DNA of 64,000 bases from an uncultured Acidimicrobiia bacterium (GCA_963791795.1 CAWBTP010000020.1:837-64836), one strand, 5' to 3'; counted from the stretch's first letter, positions 20,770 to 30,424 are shown. Numbers and translations are program-made. The notes: generated from the letters alone by a model not told the origin.

Positions 20770-20835
20770 GCCGAACCCTGCGCTGCAGCCGACGCCGCCG
20801 AAAAACAGCGGGGGGCTGATGCCTGACCGTTAGGC
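20770..20835 (+). other. attC-like site (short class): GCCGAAC ... GTTAGGC
   Basis: 66 bp. A GTG start with an SD follows 17 bp later. Confidence 0.5.
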
Positions 20836-20851
20836 GGAAAGAGGCCCAATC

Positions 20852-21037
20852 GTGTGGCGACCGTACGCTCACGGAACGACTGTCGGCCAGCGCGGAACCG
20901 AGGAAGGTGTCATCGACCGCGACGAGCAGCACGATGGGGGCGCGCGAATCACGCTCGAGCGCGACTGCCGCAACATCCCGTTCGCGGTCACGTGCGCCAT
21001 TCTAAGGTTGGTCGTCCACACTCAGTACGTTGGCTGA
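20852..21037 (+). CDS. small hypothetical ORF (61 aa, GTG start)
   Basis: Positioned exactly like a cassette first ORF (SD GGAAAGAGG). No similarity recognised. Confidence 0.25.
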   Translation: MWRPYAHGTTVGQRGTEEGVIDRDEQHDGGARITLERDCRNIPFAVTCAILRLVVHTQYVG

Positions 21038-21199
21038 GCACCGTGCGCTGGAGGGCGAACTGCCGGCACTGGAGAATGGGTGGCGTGAGGCGGAGGAAAT
21101 CGCTGGAATCGCCAATTCGCTTGCGTGCCGGCACGCGTCGAAGAATTCCTCGCGCGTCACCGCCGTGAATTCCCGAGAAAGCGATCAAGAGCCTTCCGA

Positions 21200-22465
21200 A
21201 TGCCGAATAAGTTGGTATCTTCGATTTCCGTGGCGCAACCAAGCCGACTTTCCGCTATCGGTCCAGCGATTCTGCTGACCGCGACCAGCGTGGGCGCGGG
21301 CGATATCCTCACGGGCAGCCTCGCCGGCGCGGAGGCTGGCATGGCGGCGCTCTGGGCGGTCCCTGCCGGCGTCATCCTCAAATGGACGCTCACCGAAGGC
21401 ATCGCCCGCTGGCAGATGGCGACCGGCACGACGCTGCTCGAAGGGTGGGTGACACGGCTCGGGCGCTGGATTCAGTGGGTGTTCTTTGGCTATCTGCTGC
21501 TGTTCTCGCTGGTGACCGGCGGCATGCTTGCGAGCGCTTGCGGAGTTGCGGGTGCCGCGCTGATTCCGCTCGGCGAACCGCAGACTTCGCGTTTCGTTTG
21601 GGGCGCGATGCACTCGCTGGCCGGCCTTGCGCTGATCTGGATCGGCGGATACGCGCTCCTGAAGAGGATCTTGGCGGGCTGCGTCGGCGCCATGTTCGTC
21701 ACGGTCACGCTGACTGCGTTCCTGCTCGCGCCGGATTGGGCGGCTGTTGGCCGCGGGCTGACTCCTTCGCTCCCGCCAGAGGGCGCAGGTTGGATCATCG
21801 GGCTAATCGGCGCGATTGGCGGCACGATGGCGCTGATCAGCTACGGCTACTGGATCCGCGAGGAGGGCCGTACGGGCGAAGAAGGGTTGCGAGCCTGCCG
21901 CTTTGAGCTGGTTCTGTCTTATGCCGTGATCGGGCTCTTTGGGCTCGCGGTAGTGATCATCGGCTCGCGCACGTCGGTTCGCGGTCAGGGAAATCAGCTC
22001 GCGCTGCTGCTCGCAGATCAGCTCGCAACAAATCTCGGACAGAGCGGCAAATGGATCTTCCTCGTTGGATTCTGGGCGGCGGTGTTCTCGGCGCTGCTTG
22101 GCGTATGGCAGAGTCTGCCTTACCTGTTCACCGATTTCCTGCTGCTGCGGAAGGGCTCTGGAGTGGCTTCGTTGCCGCAGGGAGCGGCGGAGCGATCGCG
22201 ATCTTACCGCGGCTATCTCGCTTGCCTCGCGACCGTACCGCTGTTTCTGTTGCGTTGGCCGGTGCAGGAGTTACAGCTCGCGTTCGGACTGACGGGTGCG
22301 ATGCTTCTGCCGTTGCTCGCACTGACGTTGCTGATCATGAATAATCGCACCGCGTGGGTCGGCGACCGCTTGCGTGCGACCCTTGCATTGAATCTGGTGC
22401 TCGCAGCGGCGCTCGGATTCTTCGCATTCACCGCCGTGCGCGAGGTGATGCGCCTTGCCGGCTGA
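21200..22465 (+). CDS. mntH: Nramp-family divalent metal transporter
   Basis: Multi-TM protein with GPAILLTATSVGAGDILTGS and MPNKLVSS... start. It has Nramp consensus regions. Confidence 0.8.
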   Translation: MPNKLVSSISVAQPSRLSAIGPAILLTATSVGAGDILTGSLAGAEAGMAALWAVPAGVILKWTLTEGIARWQMATGTTLLEGWVTRLGRWIQWVFFGYLLLFSLVTGGMLASACGVAGAALIPLGEPQTSRFVWGAMHSLAGLALIWIGGYALLKRILAGCVGAMFVTVTLTAFLLAPDWAAVGRGLTPSLPPEGAGWIIGLIGAIGGTMALISYGYWIREEGRTGEEGLRACRFELVLSYAVIGLFGLAVVIIGSRTSVRGQGNQLALLLADQLATNLGQSGKWIFLVGFWAAVFSALLGVWQSLPYLFTDFLLLRKGSGVASLPQGAAERSRSYRGYLACLATVPLFLLRWPVQELQLAFGLTGAMLLPLLALTLLIMNNRTAWVGDRLRATLALNLVLAAALGFFAFTAVREVMRLAG

Positions 22466-23423
22466 GGAGACTGATGAAATGCCCAACATCGTGATACCCG
22501 ACGACTATCCAGTCGTCATGGGATCGAGTCCATCATTCCTGAAGTGGCGACAAAGCACGCCGGCCACATACTTCGATACGCTGCCCGGATCGGAAGACGG
22601 GCTGCTCGCGCGCATCCGCGACGCCGAGATCGTGATCAACGTTCGCTCGTCGACCCGATTCCCCGAGAGCGTTTTCGCAGCGTGTCCCAAGCTGAAGCTG
22701 CTGTCGCTATGGGGCACGGGCACGGACAACGTCGACCTCGCCGCAGCGAAGCGCCACCGCGTCACGGTGACGAACACGCCGGGAGTATCAGCGGCCTCGA
22801 TCGCGGAGCATTCCCTGATGCTGGCGCTCGCCGTCGCCCGCCGTGTAGTCGAGATTCACAACGGCGTTGTGGCGGGCGGTTGGCCGCGTGGCCGGTCTGT
22901 AGAGCTTCAGGGCAAGACGCTGGGCGTGATCGGACTCGGTGCGATCGGACGGAGATTCGCGCGTCTCGGACAGGGAATCGGCATGCGAGTGATTGCATGG
23001 ACGATGCATCCGAACCCTGCGCTCGGGTTCGAATTGGTGGAGCTCGACGATCTGCTGGGCAGGAGCGACGTAATCAGTCTTCACTTGCGGCTATCACCAC
23101 AGACCGCAGGTTTTCTCGGGCGCGATCAGTTTGCTTTGATGAAGCCCGGTGCGATTCTGATCAACACGGCGCGTGGACCGATCGTCGATGAGGCTGCTTT
23201 GCTCGACGCTCTCAGCGAGCGCCGACTCGCGGGTGCGGGCCTCGATGTCTTCGACGTCGAGCCTTTACCCGCAGGCCATCCGCTGACCAAGCTCGACAAC
23301 GTGGTCCTGACTTCGCACTGTGCGGGAATCACGCCGGAGGCGCTCGAAGCCGGCCTTGCGCTGGCGATCGAAAACGTCGTCGGCTTCCTGAACGGCAATC
23401 CAACGAACGTGGTTACACTGTAA
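22455..23423 (+). CDS. D-isomer-specific 2-hydroxyacid dehydrogenase (glyoxylate/hydroxypyruvate reductase family)
   Basis: GVIGLGAIGRRFARLG NAD-binding motif and catalytic R/E/H region. Confidence 0.9.
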   Translation: MPAEETDEMPNIVIPDDYPVVMGSSPSFLKWRQSTPATYFDTLPGSEDGLLARIRDAEIVINVRSSTRFPESVFAACPKLKLLSLWGTGTDNVDLAAAKRHRVTVTNTPGVSAASIAEHSLMLALAVARRVVEIHNGVVAGGWPRGRSVELQGKTLGVIGLGAIGRRFARLGQGIGMRVIAWTMHPNPALGFELVELDDLLGRSDVISLHLRLSPQTAGFLGRDQFALMKPGAILINTARGPIVDEAALLDALSERRLAGAGLDVFDVEPLPAGHPLTKLDNVVLTSHCAGITPEALEAGLALAIENVVGFLNGNPTNVVTL

Positions 23424-23505
23424 TGATGAAACCGACGCGTGCTCGCGAAGACATAACCCAATCAGCGTTGGGTCTACTCTTTCCTGCTGCGACGGATGAC
23501 GAGCC

Positions 23506-23633
23506 GCTTAACAAGCCGGCTGAAGCTGGCCCGGTTTATGCATTTTGTTTGGAAACGCCGCAGGAACTCTCCAAAGTTCCCTCCGACTCCCCGGCAGTGG
23601 GAAACCGGGCAGCTTAGCCGTGAGGCGTTAGGA
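23506..23633 (+). other. attC-like site (long class): GCTTAAC ... GTTAGGA
   Basis: Fifth copy of the 127-bp element. The next ATG is at 23670 with an AAGGAGA SD. Confidence 0.65.
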
Positions 23634-23669
23634 GTTCTCTCCCGGCCCCCTCTGTGCAAGGAGAATTCT

Positions 23670-24137
23670 ATGTTTAACTATAAGTATCAGCTTGAGCATA
23701 TCTTCTCATTCGGCGCTGCACTCGACACCCCTCCCGAAGCCATTGGGCCAGTGGCCGAGGGCATTCGGGTCAATTTCTACTGTCAAGGCGGTGAGGTAAC
23801 AGGCCCAAAACTGCAAGGGAGCTGCCGCTCCGTCGGGGGCGACTGGCTCACGGTTCGCACGGACGGGGTTGCGATCCTTGATGTTCGCACAACCCTTGAA
23901 AGCCATGATGGGGCACTGATTGCCATCACTTACTCCGGGGTCACGGATTTAGGCAATGACGGCTATCAGCGCTTTCTTGCTGGGGACCTGCCTGCGCGAC
24001 TGACCCTACATGTGGTTCCCAGGTGTCAAACAGCGCATCCTGGATATCTGTGGCTCAATCGGGTGCAATGCTTAGGGATTGGGGAAGTCGACTTGGGGCG
24101 CTCGCATGTCAGCTATGATGTCTATGCCGTGCGCTAG
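23670..24137 (+). CDS. DUF3237 family protein
   Basis: 155 aa with ...[29 protein letters not shown]... typical of DUF3237. Confidence 0.75.
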   Translation: MFNYKYQLEHIFSFGAALDTPPEAIGPVAEGIRVNFYCQGGEVTGPKLQGSCRSVGGDWLTVRTDGVAILDVRTTLESHDGALIAITYSGVTDLGNDGYQRFLAGDLPARLTLHVVPRCQTAHPGYLWLNRVQCLGIGEVDLGRSHVSYDVYAVR

Positions 24138-24169
24138 TTTGACGGGGTCTTGAGGGTCCCGGCCGCTCC

Positions 24170-24229
24170 TAACCAACTGGCTCGAGCCGACCGCGAAAAG
24201 CACCCGGCGGCTCATCGGGGCCATTAGGC
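24170..24229 (+). other. possible short attC-like site: CCTAAC ... ATTAGGC
   Basis: Matches the short-class internal consensus (GAGCCGACCGCGAAAAGCACCCGGCGGCTCA). A second weak candidate lies at ~24393-24453 (GCTAAC...CTAGGC). Confidence 0.3.
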
Positions 24230-24518
24230 ATCTTGTTGCGGAAACCACGATGGATCTCGCACTTCGAGTGAACACACAGGGAGGTACGACAGTCGTCCGA
24301 CTCCGGATGAAGGATGGCATCCACTCTCGCAGATCTCTGGCATGCTTCTACATCTCGGGTTCAAAGTCTCCGGCCAGTACCTTCCCTGAAGAGGCTAACC
24401 CGGTGCTCCAGCCGGTGCCCGCCAAGAGCTGCGGGCACGCTCAGCTCTGATCGCTAGGCGACTGAGCGCACACCGAGAATTTCCACGCAGTGAGCAACCA
24501 TCGAACTAGGAGAACAAC

Positions 24519-25292
24519 ATGAAAATCGTCGTCATCGGCGGCAGCGGACTTATCGGAAAAAAGCTCGTAAAGAATCTTCGTCAGCAGGGCCACGAGGTGG
24601 TGGCGGCATCACCATCATCGGGTATCAACGCCGTCACTGGCGAGGGACTGGCGCAAGCGCTTGCGGGCGCTCAGGTGGTCGTCGATGTGGCGAACTCGCC
24701 GTCGTTCGAAGACAAGGCCGTTTTGGAGTTCTTCGAAACGTCGGGTCGGAATCTCCTGGCCGAGGAAGCAGCCGCAGGCGTCGGACATCACGTGGCGCTG
24801 TCGGTCGTCGGCACCGACCGCCTGCTCGCCAGTGGTTACTTCCGCGCGAAGATGGCCCAGGAGAATCTGATCAAGACTTCCCCGGTCCCATACACGATCG
24901 TCCGCGCCACGCAGTTCTTCGAGTTCGTGGCCAGCATCGCCCAATCGGCAACCGAGGGGCAGACGGTTCGGTTGCCGCCAGCGCTGATGCAGCCCATCGT
25001 GTCGGATGACGTCGCCGCCGTCATGGCTGAGGTCGCGGTCGAGGAACCGTTGAACGGCACGATCGAACTGGCGGGTCCCGAACCGATCCGTCTCGACGAA
25101 CTCGTTCGGAAATTCCTGAGCGCAAACCGAGACGCGCGGACGGTGACCACGGACGCACGCGCGGGTTACTTCGGCACGCCGGTGAACGATCAAAGTCTCA
25201 CCCCCGGCGATCACCCGCGCCTCGGCCCGACGCGTTTCGAGGACTGGCTCAACCGCACCATACCTCAGAGAACGTCAAAGGCGACATCGTAG
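24519..25292 (+). CDS. NmrA-like/atypical SDR NAD(P)-binding oxidoreductase
   Basis: MKIVVIGGSGLIGKKLV Rossmann start. Confidence 0.85.
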   Translation: MKIVVIGGSGLIGKKLVKNLRQQGHEVVAASPSSGINAVTGEGLAQALAGAQVVVDVANSPSFEDKAVLEFFETSGRNLLAEEAAAGVGHHVALSVVGTDRLLASGYFRAKMAQENLIKTSPVPYTIVRATQFFEFVASIAQSATEGQTVRLPPALMQPIVSDDVAAVMAEVAVEEPLNGTIELAGPEPIRLDELVRKFLSANRDARTVTTDARAGYFGTPVNDQSLTPGDHPRLGPTRFEDWLNRTIPQRTSKATS

Positions 25293-25381
25293 ATTGTTCC
25301 TGCCAAACCAGCGGCTGAAGGTGCCCCGCCTCCTACTGTGGGTGATGACGAGGATAACTCTAGCAGGCTCAACAGGACTCT

Positions 25382-26707
25382 ATGCGCGACTTCCATGTCT
25401 TGCTTACGATACTTTTGCTCTTCCGACCGGCCTTGGCGCAAGAACGGGCAGCCACGGACTCAGCTACCAAAGGTCGAATCGCGGTGCGAGCCGCGCGGCT
25501 GATCAATGGCACGGGCCAGGCCGTGATACAGAATCCCGTCGTGTTGATTGAAGGGGCCCGCATTGCTGCGGTCGGTTCCGGTCTGGCGATTCCCGCTGGC
25601 ACGAAAGTGATCGACTTGGGGCCAGCAACTCTTCTCCCGGGCCTCATCGACTGCCACACTCACCTTACCGGGGGCGACCCTCGCAACTACTACGAGCGAC
25701 TCTTCCGCCTCAGCCCAATTGATCATGCTGTGGCCGCGCACGTGTATGCGCGACGCACGCTGGAAGCGGGGTTCACGACGGTACGAGACGTGGGATCAGG
25801 CGAGTTTGTCGATGTCGCGTTGCGGAAAGCGATCGACGCGGGTCTCGTCGCAGGCCCGCGGGTGCAGGCTGCCACTCTTGCCATTGGTGCGACAGGAGGC
25901 CACGCCGACTTGACCGGCTTCTCTCCTTACATCGAGTTTAAGGAGTTCTCGGGTCTAGCGGATGGGGTTGATGAGATCAGAAAGGCTGTGCGGCTCAGAG
26001 TGAAAAATGGCGCAGACCTCATCAAGGTCATGGCCACCGCAGGAGTTCTAACCGAAGAGGCTTCCGCCGGGGCTCCCCAATACAGCCAGGAGGAGCTGAA
26101 TGTCCTCGTCGCCGAAGCCGCGATGTGGGGCAAGAAAGTGGCCGCACATGCCCACGGGGCCGAGGGTATTAAGCGAGCCGTCCGAGCCGGTGTGGCATCC
26201 ATCGAGCACGGCAGCCTGATCGACGACGAAGGTATTCGCCTCATGAAGCAGCAAGGAACCTACCTGGTCGCTGATATCTACAACGACGACTATATCCTCG
26301 CTGAATTTGCGCGCCTTCAGTATCCGCAGACGATCCTCGAGAAGGAGAAGGAAATTGGTCGACTTCAGCGAGAGAACTTCCAGCGCGCTGTGCGGGCGGG
26401 CGTCAAGATAGCGTTCGGCACCGATGCTGGAGTCTACCCGCACGGACAGAATGGAAAGCAGTTCGCGCACATGGTTAAGTGGGGGCTCGCACCGATGCAG
26501 GCCATTCAGGCCGCGACATTCAACTCAGCGGATCTATTAGGCTGGGGCGACAAGGTGGGAACGGTTGCCCCCGGGTTTCTCGCGGACCTCATCGCTGTCG
26601 CTGGAGACCCGCTGCAGGACATAACGGAACTGGAGCGGGTCCAGTTCGTGATGAAGGGTGGCGTCATCTACAAGGGGAGTTCCGCAGATCACCCCCTTAG
26701 ACCATGA
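25382..26707 (+). CDS. secreted amidohydrolase-family metal-dependent hydrolase
   Basis: Signal peptide, HTH metal-binding motif (LIDCHTHLTGG) and conserved amidohydrolase motifs. Confidence 0.85.
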   Translation: MRDFHVLLTILLLFRPALAQERAATDSATKGRIAVRAARLINGTGQAVIQNPVVLIEGARIAAVGSGLAIPAGTKVIDLGPATLLPGLIDCHTHLTGGDPRNYYERLFRLSPIDHAVAAHVYARRTLEAGFTTVRDVGSGEFVDVALRKAIDAGLVAGPRVQAATLAIGATGGHADLTGFSPYIEFKEFSGLADGVDEIRKAVRLRVKNGADLIKVMATAGVLTEEASAGAPQYSQEELNVLVAEAAMWGKKVAAHAHGAEGIKRAVRAGVASIEHGSLIDDEGIRLMKQQGTYLVADIYNDDYILAEFARLQYPQTILEKEKEIGRLQRENFQRAVRAGVKIAFGTDAGVYPHGQNGKQFAHMVKWGLAPMQAIQAATFNSADLLGWGDKVGTVAPGFLADLIAVAGDPLQDITELERVQFVMKGGVIYKGSSADHPLRP

Positions 26708-26755
26708 TTGTGAGAATCGATCCGTTCAGTTCTTCAGGCGTTATACCTCAGGCCG

Positions 26756-27043
26756 ATGAGAAAGGAATCTGTCCACTACCTTAAGGAATACAGCAGCCTT
26801 TTAGCCTCGCTCGATCAGCTCGGTTTTGAGCTGACCGCGTACTCTCAGGAGCCGGAGGCGTTCGGAAACTTCTACGCGGACTTCAGGAAGGGAAACCTTC
26901 TGTTCCGAATTCTTCGCGACAGGTCACAGCTGCTCGTCGAGGGTGAAAGAAAGGAGCTTGAGCCATTCGGGCTGTGGCAAGCTTTCGACGACGCAACCGT
27001 GTTTGAAAGAAAACTTCTCGCATGGCTTCGCAGCAAGGTATAA
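26756..27043 (+). CDS. hypothetical protein (95 aa, low GC)
   Basis: Intact ORF with no recognisable domain. Confidence 0.45.
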   Translation: MRKESVHYLKEYSSLLASLDQLGFELTAYSQEPEAFGNFYADFRKGNLLFRILRDRSQLLVEGERKELEPFGLWQAFDDATVFERKLLAWLRSKV

Positions 27044-27110
27044 CCCATCCAAGCACCGCGCGCAGACGCACGCGCGGGTTGGTGACTTAATTTTAGTTGG
27101 ACTGAATAAC

Positions 27111-27710
27111 ATGGACACATCCACCCGAGTTCCGACGCTCGAAGAGTTCTTGACCTTCTGCCAGGCAGCGTGCGAGTTCCTCATCCGCGAGTATGGGTTC
27201 GTGCGACTGCCCTCACCCTTGGAGTACAACCAACACAGCGTATGCTTTCGAAAGGGTGATTTCGGCGTTGACGTCTATGGTGAGAACTACGGCGAGACGG
27301 CATCGTGCGATCTCGTGCGAGGTGGGGATCGGTTGTACCTCGGCCTGTTTGTGCCCGTAGCACAACGCGAGGCGCCAAGGCGTGAGGGGCCTCGGCCCGG
27401 GCAGCTCGCTCAGCTTCAAGACATTGCCACCCGGCTGAAGCTTTATGCGGCGGACTTCTTGCGCGGCGATTCCAACCGCTTTGACTCGGCTCTCGTGGAA
27501 TGGAGGCCCGTCGCTCAACCTCGCCAAGTGACGGCAGCGCAATGCCTGGAACGCCAGCGACAACAAGCTGTCACGGCCGCGGGCCACGCAAGCGGGCGGA
27601 CTATGCTGCAGTCGTGCGCCTGCTTCAGCCACACGCAGAAGCGTTGTCACCGCACCAGCGGCGGATGCTTGAGGTTGCGCGCAACCGGTTGGCGGACGAA
27701 GCGGGCTAGC
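27111..27710 (+). CDS. hypothetical protein, possible C-terminal frameshift
   Basis: MDTSTRVPTLEEFLTFCQAACEFLIREYGFV... The C-terminal part is better in the frame of 27500-27709, which ends just before the next attC-like site. Confidence 0.4.
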
Positions 27711-27720
27711 ACCGCATCCA

Positions 27721-27774
27721 GCCGAGCCACGTCACCAAAAGCAGCGGCGTGCGGCTGATGCCTGATCGTTAGCC
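27721..27774 (+). other. attC-like site (short class): GCCGAGC ... GTTAGCC
   Basis: AAAAGCAGCGGCGTGCGGCTGA consensus. Lies immediately after the stop codon. Confidence 0.4.
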
Positions 27775-27880
27775 GGACGAGTCAGGGGAGATCGTGCGCA
27801 GATGGTGGGGCGCTCCGACAGAGCCTTCGATGTATGATATCCATCGCGAACACTGAGCAGTCTCCGAAAAGATAAGAAAG

Positions 27881-29305
27881 ATGCAGGCGCCCTCCCAGCC
27901 AACGCGCGCGCTCCTCAGTATTCTCATTGTTGCGGTCTCCGCCATCGCGTTTCTCGTGTCGACCGGCGTGGGTGTCGTGTGGCCTCTTGCATGGCTCGCG
28001 CCGATTCCGGTTCTCGTGCTTTCCGTTCACCGTTCCTGGCGAGCAGCCGCCATTGTTGCCTTCACCGCGTCGCTGCTCGGTGACCTCACTCTGGCTCGCA
28101 CATACGGGCCGGGCGCCGTGCTCATCTTCGGAATTCCTCCGGCGATGGCATTTGCCGCAGCGACGCTGGCAGCCCGCGCCGCCGCGCGACGAATGGCGGC
28201 TTGGCTGGCGGTCTTCGCGTTTCCAACGGTGCTGACGTCCTACGAGTTCCTGTTCTCGCTCATCTCGCCCAATGGCACCTTCTGGAGCCTTGGCTACTCG
28301 CAAACCGATTTTCTCCCGCTGCTGCAAGTCGTCTCGCTGACGGGCCTCTGGGGCGTCGTTTTTGTCCTGACGCTCCTCCCTTCGGCAGCCGCGCTCGCCC
28401 TGTATCGCCGCTCCATGTCAACGTTGATGCCGGCGCTCGCGATTCTGCTGCTGGTTCTGGGTTATGGAACATGGCGTTTGCTTCGCGCTCCCGGGCCATC
28501 CATCGTGCGTGCTGGGCTGGCCGCAACGGACCGAGGCCTTCCCAGCGTCGATCACCACCGATCCAGCGATGGCGCTCAGCGTGGCCGCCGCGTACGCGGA
28601 CCGCGTCGCTCACTTGGCAGCCCGGGGCGCGCAGATTATCGTGTTCCCAGAAAAAATGGTCGGAGTAACGTCAGACAGTGCGGACGCCGTGGTGAAGTTC
28701 TCAGCGACGCCGCTCGCGCGGCACAGGCCACGGTCATCGCCGGCCTGAGCCGCAACGGAGTCCAGCCCAGACGCAACATCGCCCTGGTCATCTCTCAAGA
28801 CGGCACGCTCGTGCTGCAGTACGAGAAGCGTTACCTGGTCCCGATGATCGAAACGACCTTCGCCAGCGGCAACGCGCTCGGTGTGTTCGCCGGTCCGGAG
28901 GCACAGTGGGGTGTCGCCATCTGCAAGGACCTCGACTTCCCAGCTTGGTCACGCGCCTACGGCCGGCGCGGCGTACGCTTTTTGGCAGTGCCCGCATGGG
29001 ACTTTGTCCGGGACGCCCGCATGCACTCGCGGATGGCGGTCATGCGTGGCGTCGAGAACGGATTTGCCATCGCTCGTTCGGCCCAAGAGGGTCTCGTGAC
29101 GGTCAGCGATGCCTACGGCCGCATCCTGGTTGAACAATCCAGCGCTCGCGATCCGATGGAGGTTCAGACCATTGCAGCCGGCCCTGGAGCGACGTTCTAC
29201 ACCCACTACGGAGACTGGTTCGGTTGGGTAAACGTCCTGATGATGGGCGGACTCGTCGCGGGAACGATCTGGCCAAATCGTACGGATTCGAAGAGCTCCG
29301 GCTAA
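27881..29305 (+). pseudogene. apolipoprotein N-acyltransferase (Lnt)-like: N-terminal TM domain plus CN-hydrolase domain, two frameshifts
   Basis: The N-terminal multi-TM region and the C-terminal nitrilase-like region (VAICKDLDF...) are in one frame. The middle part (AQIIVFPEKMVG...) is in another frame (28464-28748). Confidence 0.55.
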
Positions 29306-29441
29306 CGCTCGGCTGTACCCGACGGCCGGTGGGTTGTGTCAGGCTCGGACGAGTTCATGAAGCCCCTCGAAGCGCCACCGATCGCCTTGGCGCAAGAGCC
29401 AATGGTAGAGGAACATCAATCACGCTCCTGATGTGCAGCCG

Positions 29442-29507
29442 GGCCAACCCGCCGCGCAGCCGACGTTGCCGAAAGACAGCAGCGCGGCTGATGCTTGGCC
29501 GTTGGGC
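29442..29507 (+). other. attC-like site (short class): GCCAAC ... GTTGGGC
   Basis: 66 bp with a central hairpin. The next ATG (~29537) follows an AAGGAA SD. Confidence 0.5.
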
Positions 29508-29536
29508 GCCCTGGGGTGCTGCCTTGAAGGAACCAA

Positions 29537-30424
29537 ATGTCATCTGCACGCTTAGTTGCCCTGACGTCGCTGGCCATGGTTGCATTTGCGGGTAATTCGC
29601 TGCTGTGCCGTGTCGCTCTGAGAGACACCCACATTGACGCCGCGAGCTTTACTACAACTCGATTGATCTCCGGAGCGGTAACGCTTTGGCTGGTCGCGCG
29701 AATGAGTCGCGGCACACGTCCCGGCCGGGGCAACTGGCTATCGGCATGTGCGCTGTTTGTCTATGCGGCTGGCTTTTCATTCGCGTATGTGAGCCTGCCC
29801 GCGGCGACAGGCGCGCTGCTGCTCTTTAGCGCGGTCCAGGCAACGATGATCGGCTATGCCATTTGGGCGGGAGAACGCTTGTTGAGACTGCAGCTCGTGG
29901 GTCTGGTGCTCGCCCTCGGAGGACTGACAGGTCTGCTGTTGCCAGGACTTTCCGCGCCGCCTTTGCCAGGTTCCCTGTTAATGTTTAGCGCCGGGGTTGC
30001 ATGGGGTGTCTATTCCTTGCGCGGGAGAGGTGCGGGCGATCCTACCAAGGTAACGGCAGGGAATTTCGTACGTACGGTTCCTATCGCGGCAGCATTGAGC
30101 GTGCTACTACGTGAAGGCACTTCTCTGGATAGCGCTGGATTTTGGTATGCGGTCTCCTCGGGTGCACTGGCTTCCGGAATAGGGTACGTCATTTGGTACA
30201 GCGCTTTGCCTGCGTTGGAAGCAACCAGCGCAGCGACCGTGCAACTCAGTGTTCCGGTCATTGCGGCCTTGGGTGCCGTCGCTTTCCTCGGCGAGTCTGT
30301 AACCCTGCGCCTGGTATTGGCCTCCGTCGCCATCCTCGGTGGAATCGCCCTGGTAATTCTGCGGAGACAAAACGCTAGTGGCGCAGCCGGGGAAATGCTT
30401 AACAAAAGAGTGGGGCATCGGTAA
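29537..30424 (+). CDS. EamA/DMT-superfamily transporter
   Basis: 10-TM protein with two EamA repeats. Confidence 0.85.
   Translation: MSSARLVALTSLAMVAFAGNSLLCRVALRDTHIDAASFTTTRLISGAVTLWLVARMSRGTRPGRGNWLSACALFVYAAGFSFAYVSLPAATGALLLFSAVQATMIGYAIWAGERLLRLQLVGLVLALGGLTGLLLPGLSAPPLPGSLLMFSAGVAWGVYSLRGRGAGDPTKVTAGNFVRTVPIAAALSVLLREGTSLDSAGFWYAVSSGALASGIGYVIWYSALPALEATSAATVQLSVPVIAALGAVAFLGESVTLRLVLASVAILGGIALVILRRQNASGAAGEMLNKRVGHR

Noticed and set aside
12592-23633. The five ~127-bp repeats read as a CRISPR array or simple REP/MITE family
   Set aside because: The repeats are not regularly spaced. The spacers are whole genes of 0.6-2.8 kb. Copies are imperfect, and each carries a RYYYAAC...GTTRRRY core-site pair positioned at the stop and start of flanking ORFs. 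No cas genes are present. The attC interpretation fits better, though a MITE cannot be fully excluded without folding and genome-wide counts.
24615-25214. 199-aa minus-strand ORF antisense to the NmrA-like gene
   Set aside because: It is a typical high-GC antisense ORF. The sense gene has a clear Rossmann motif.
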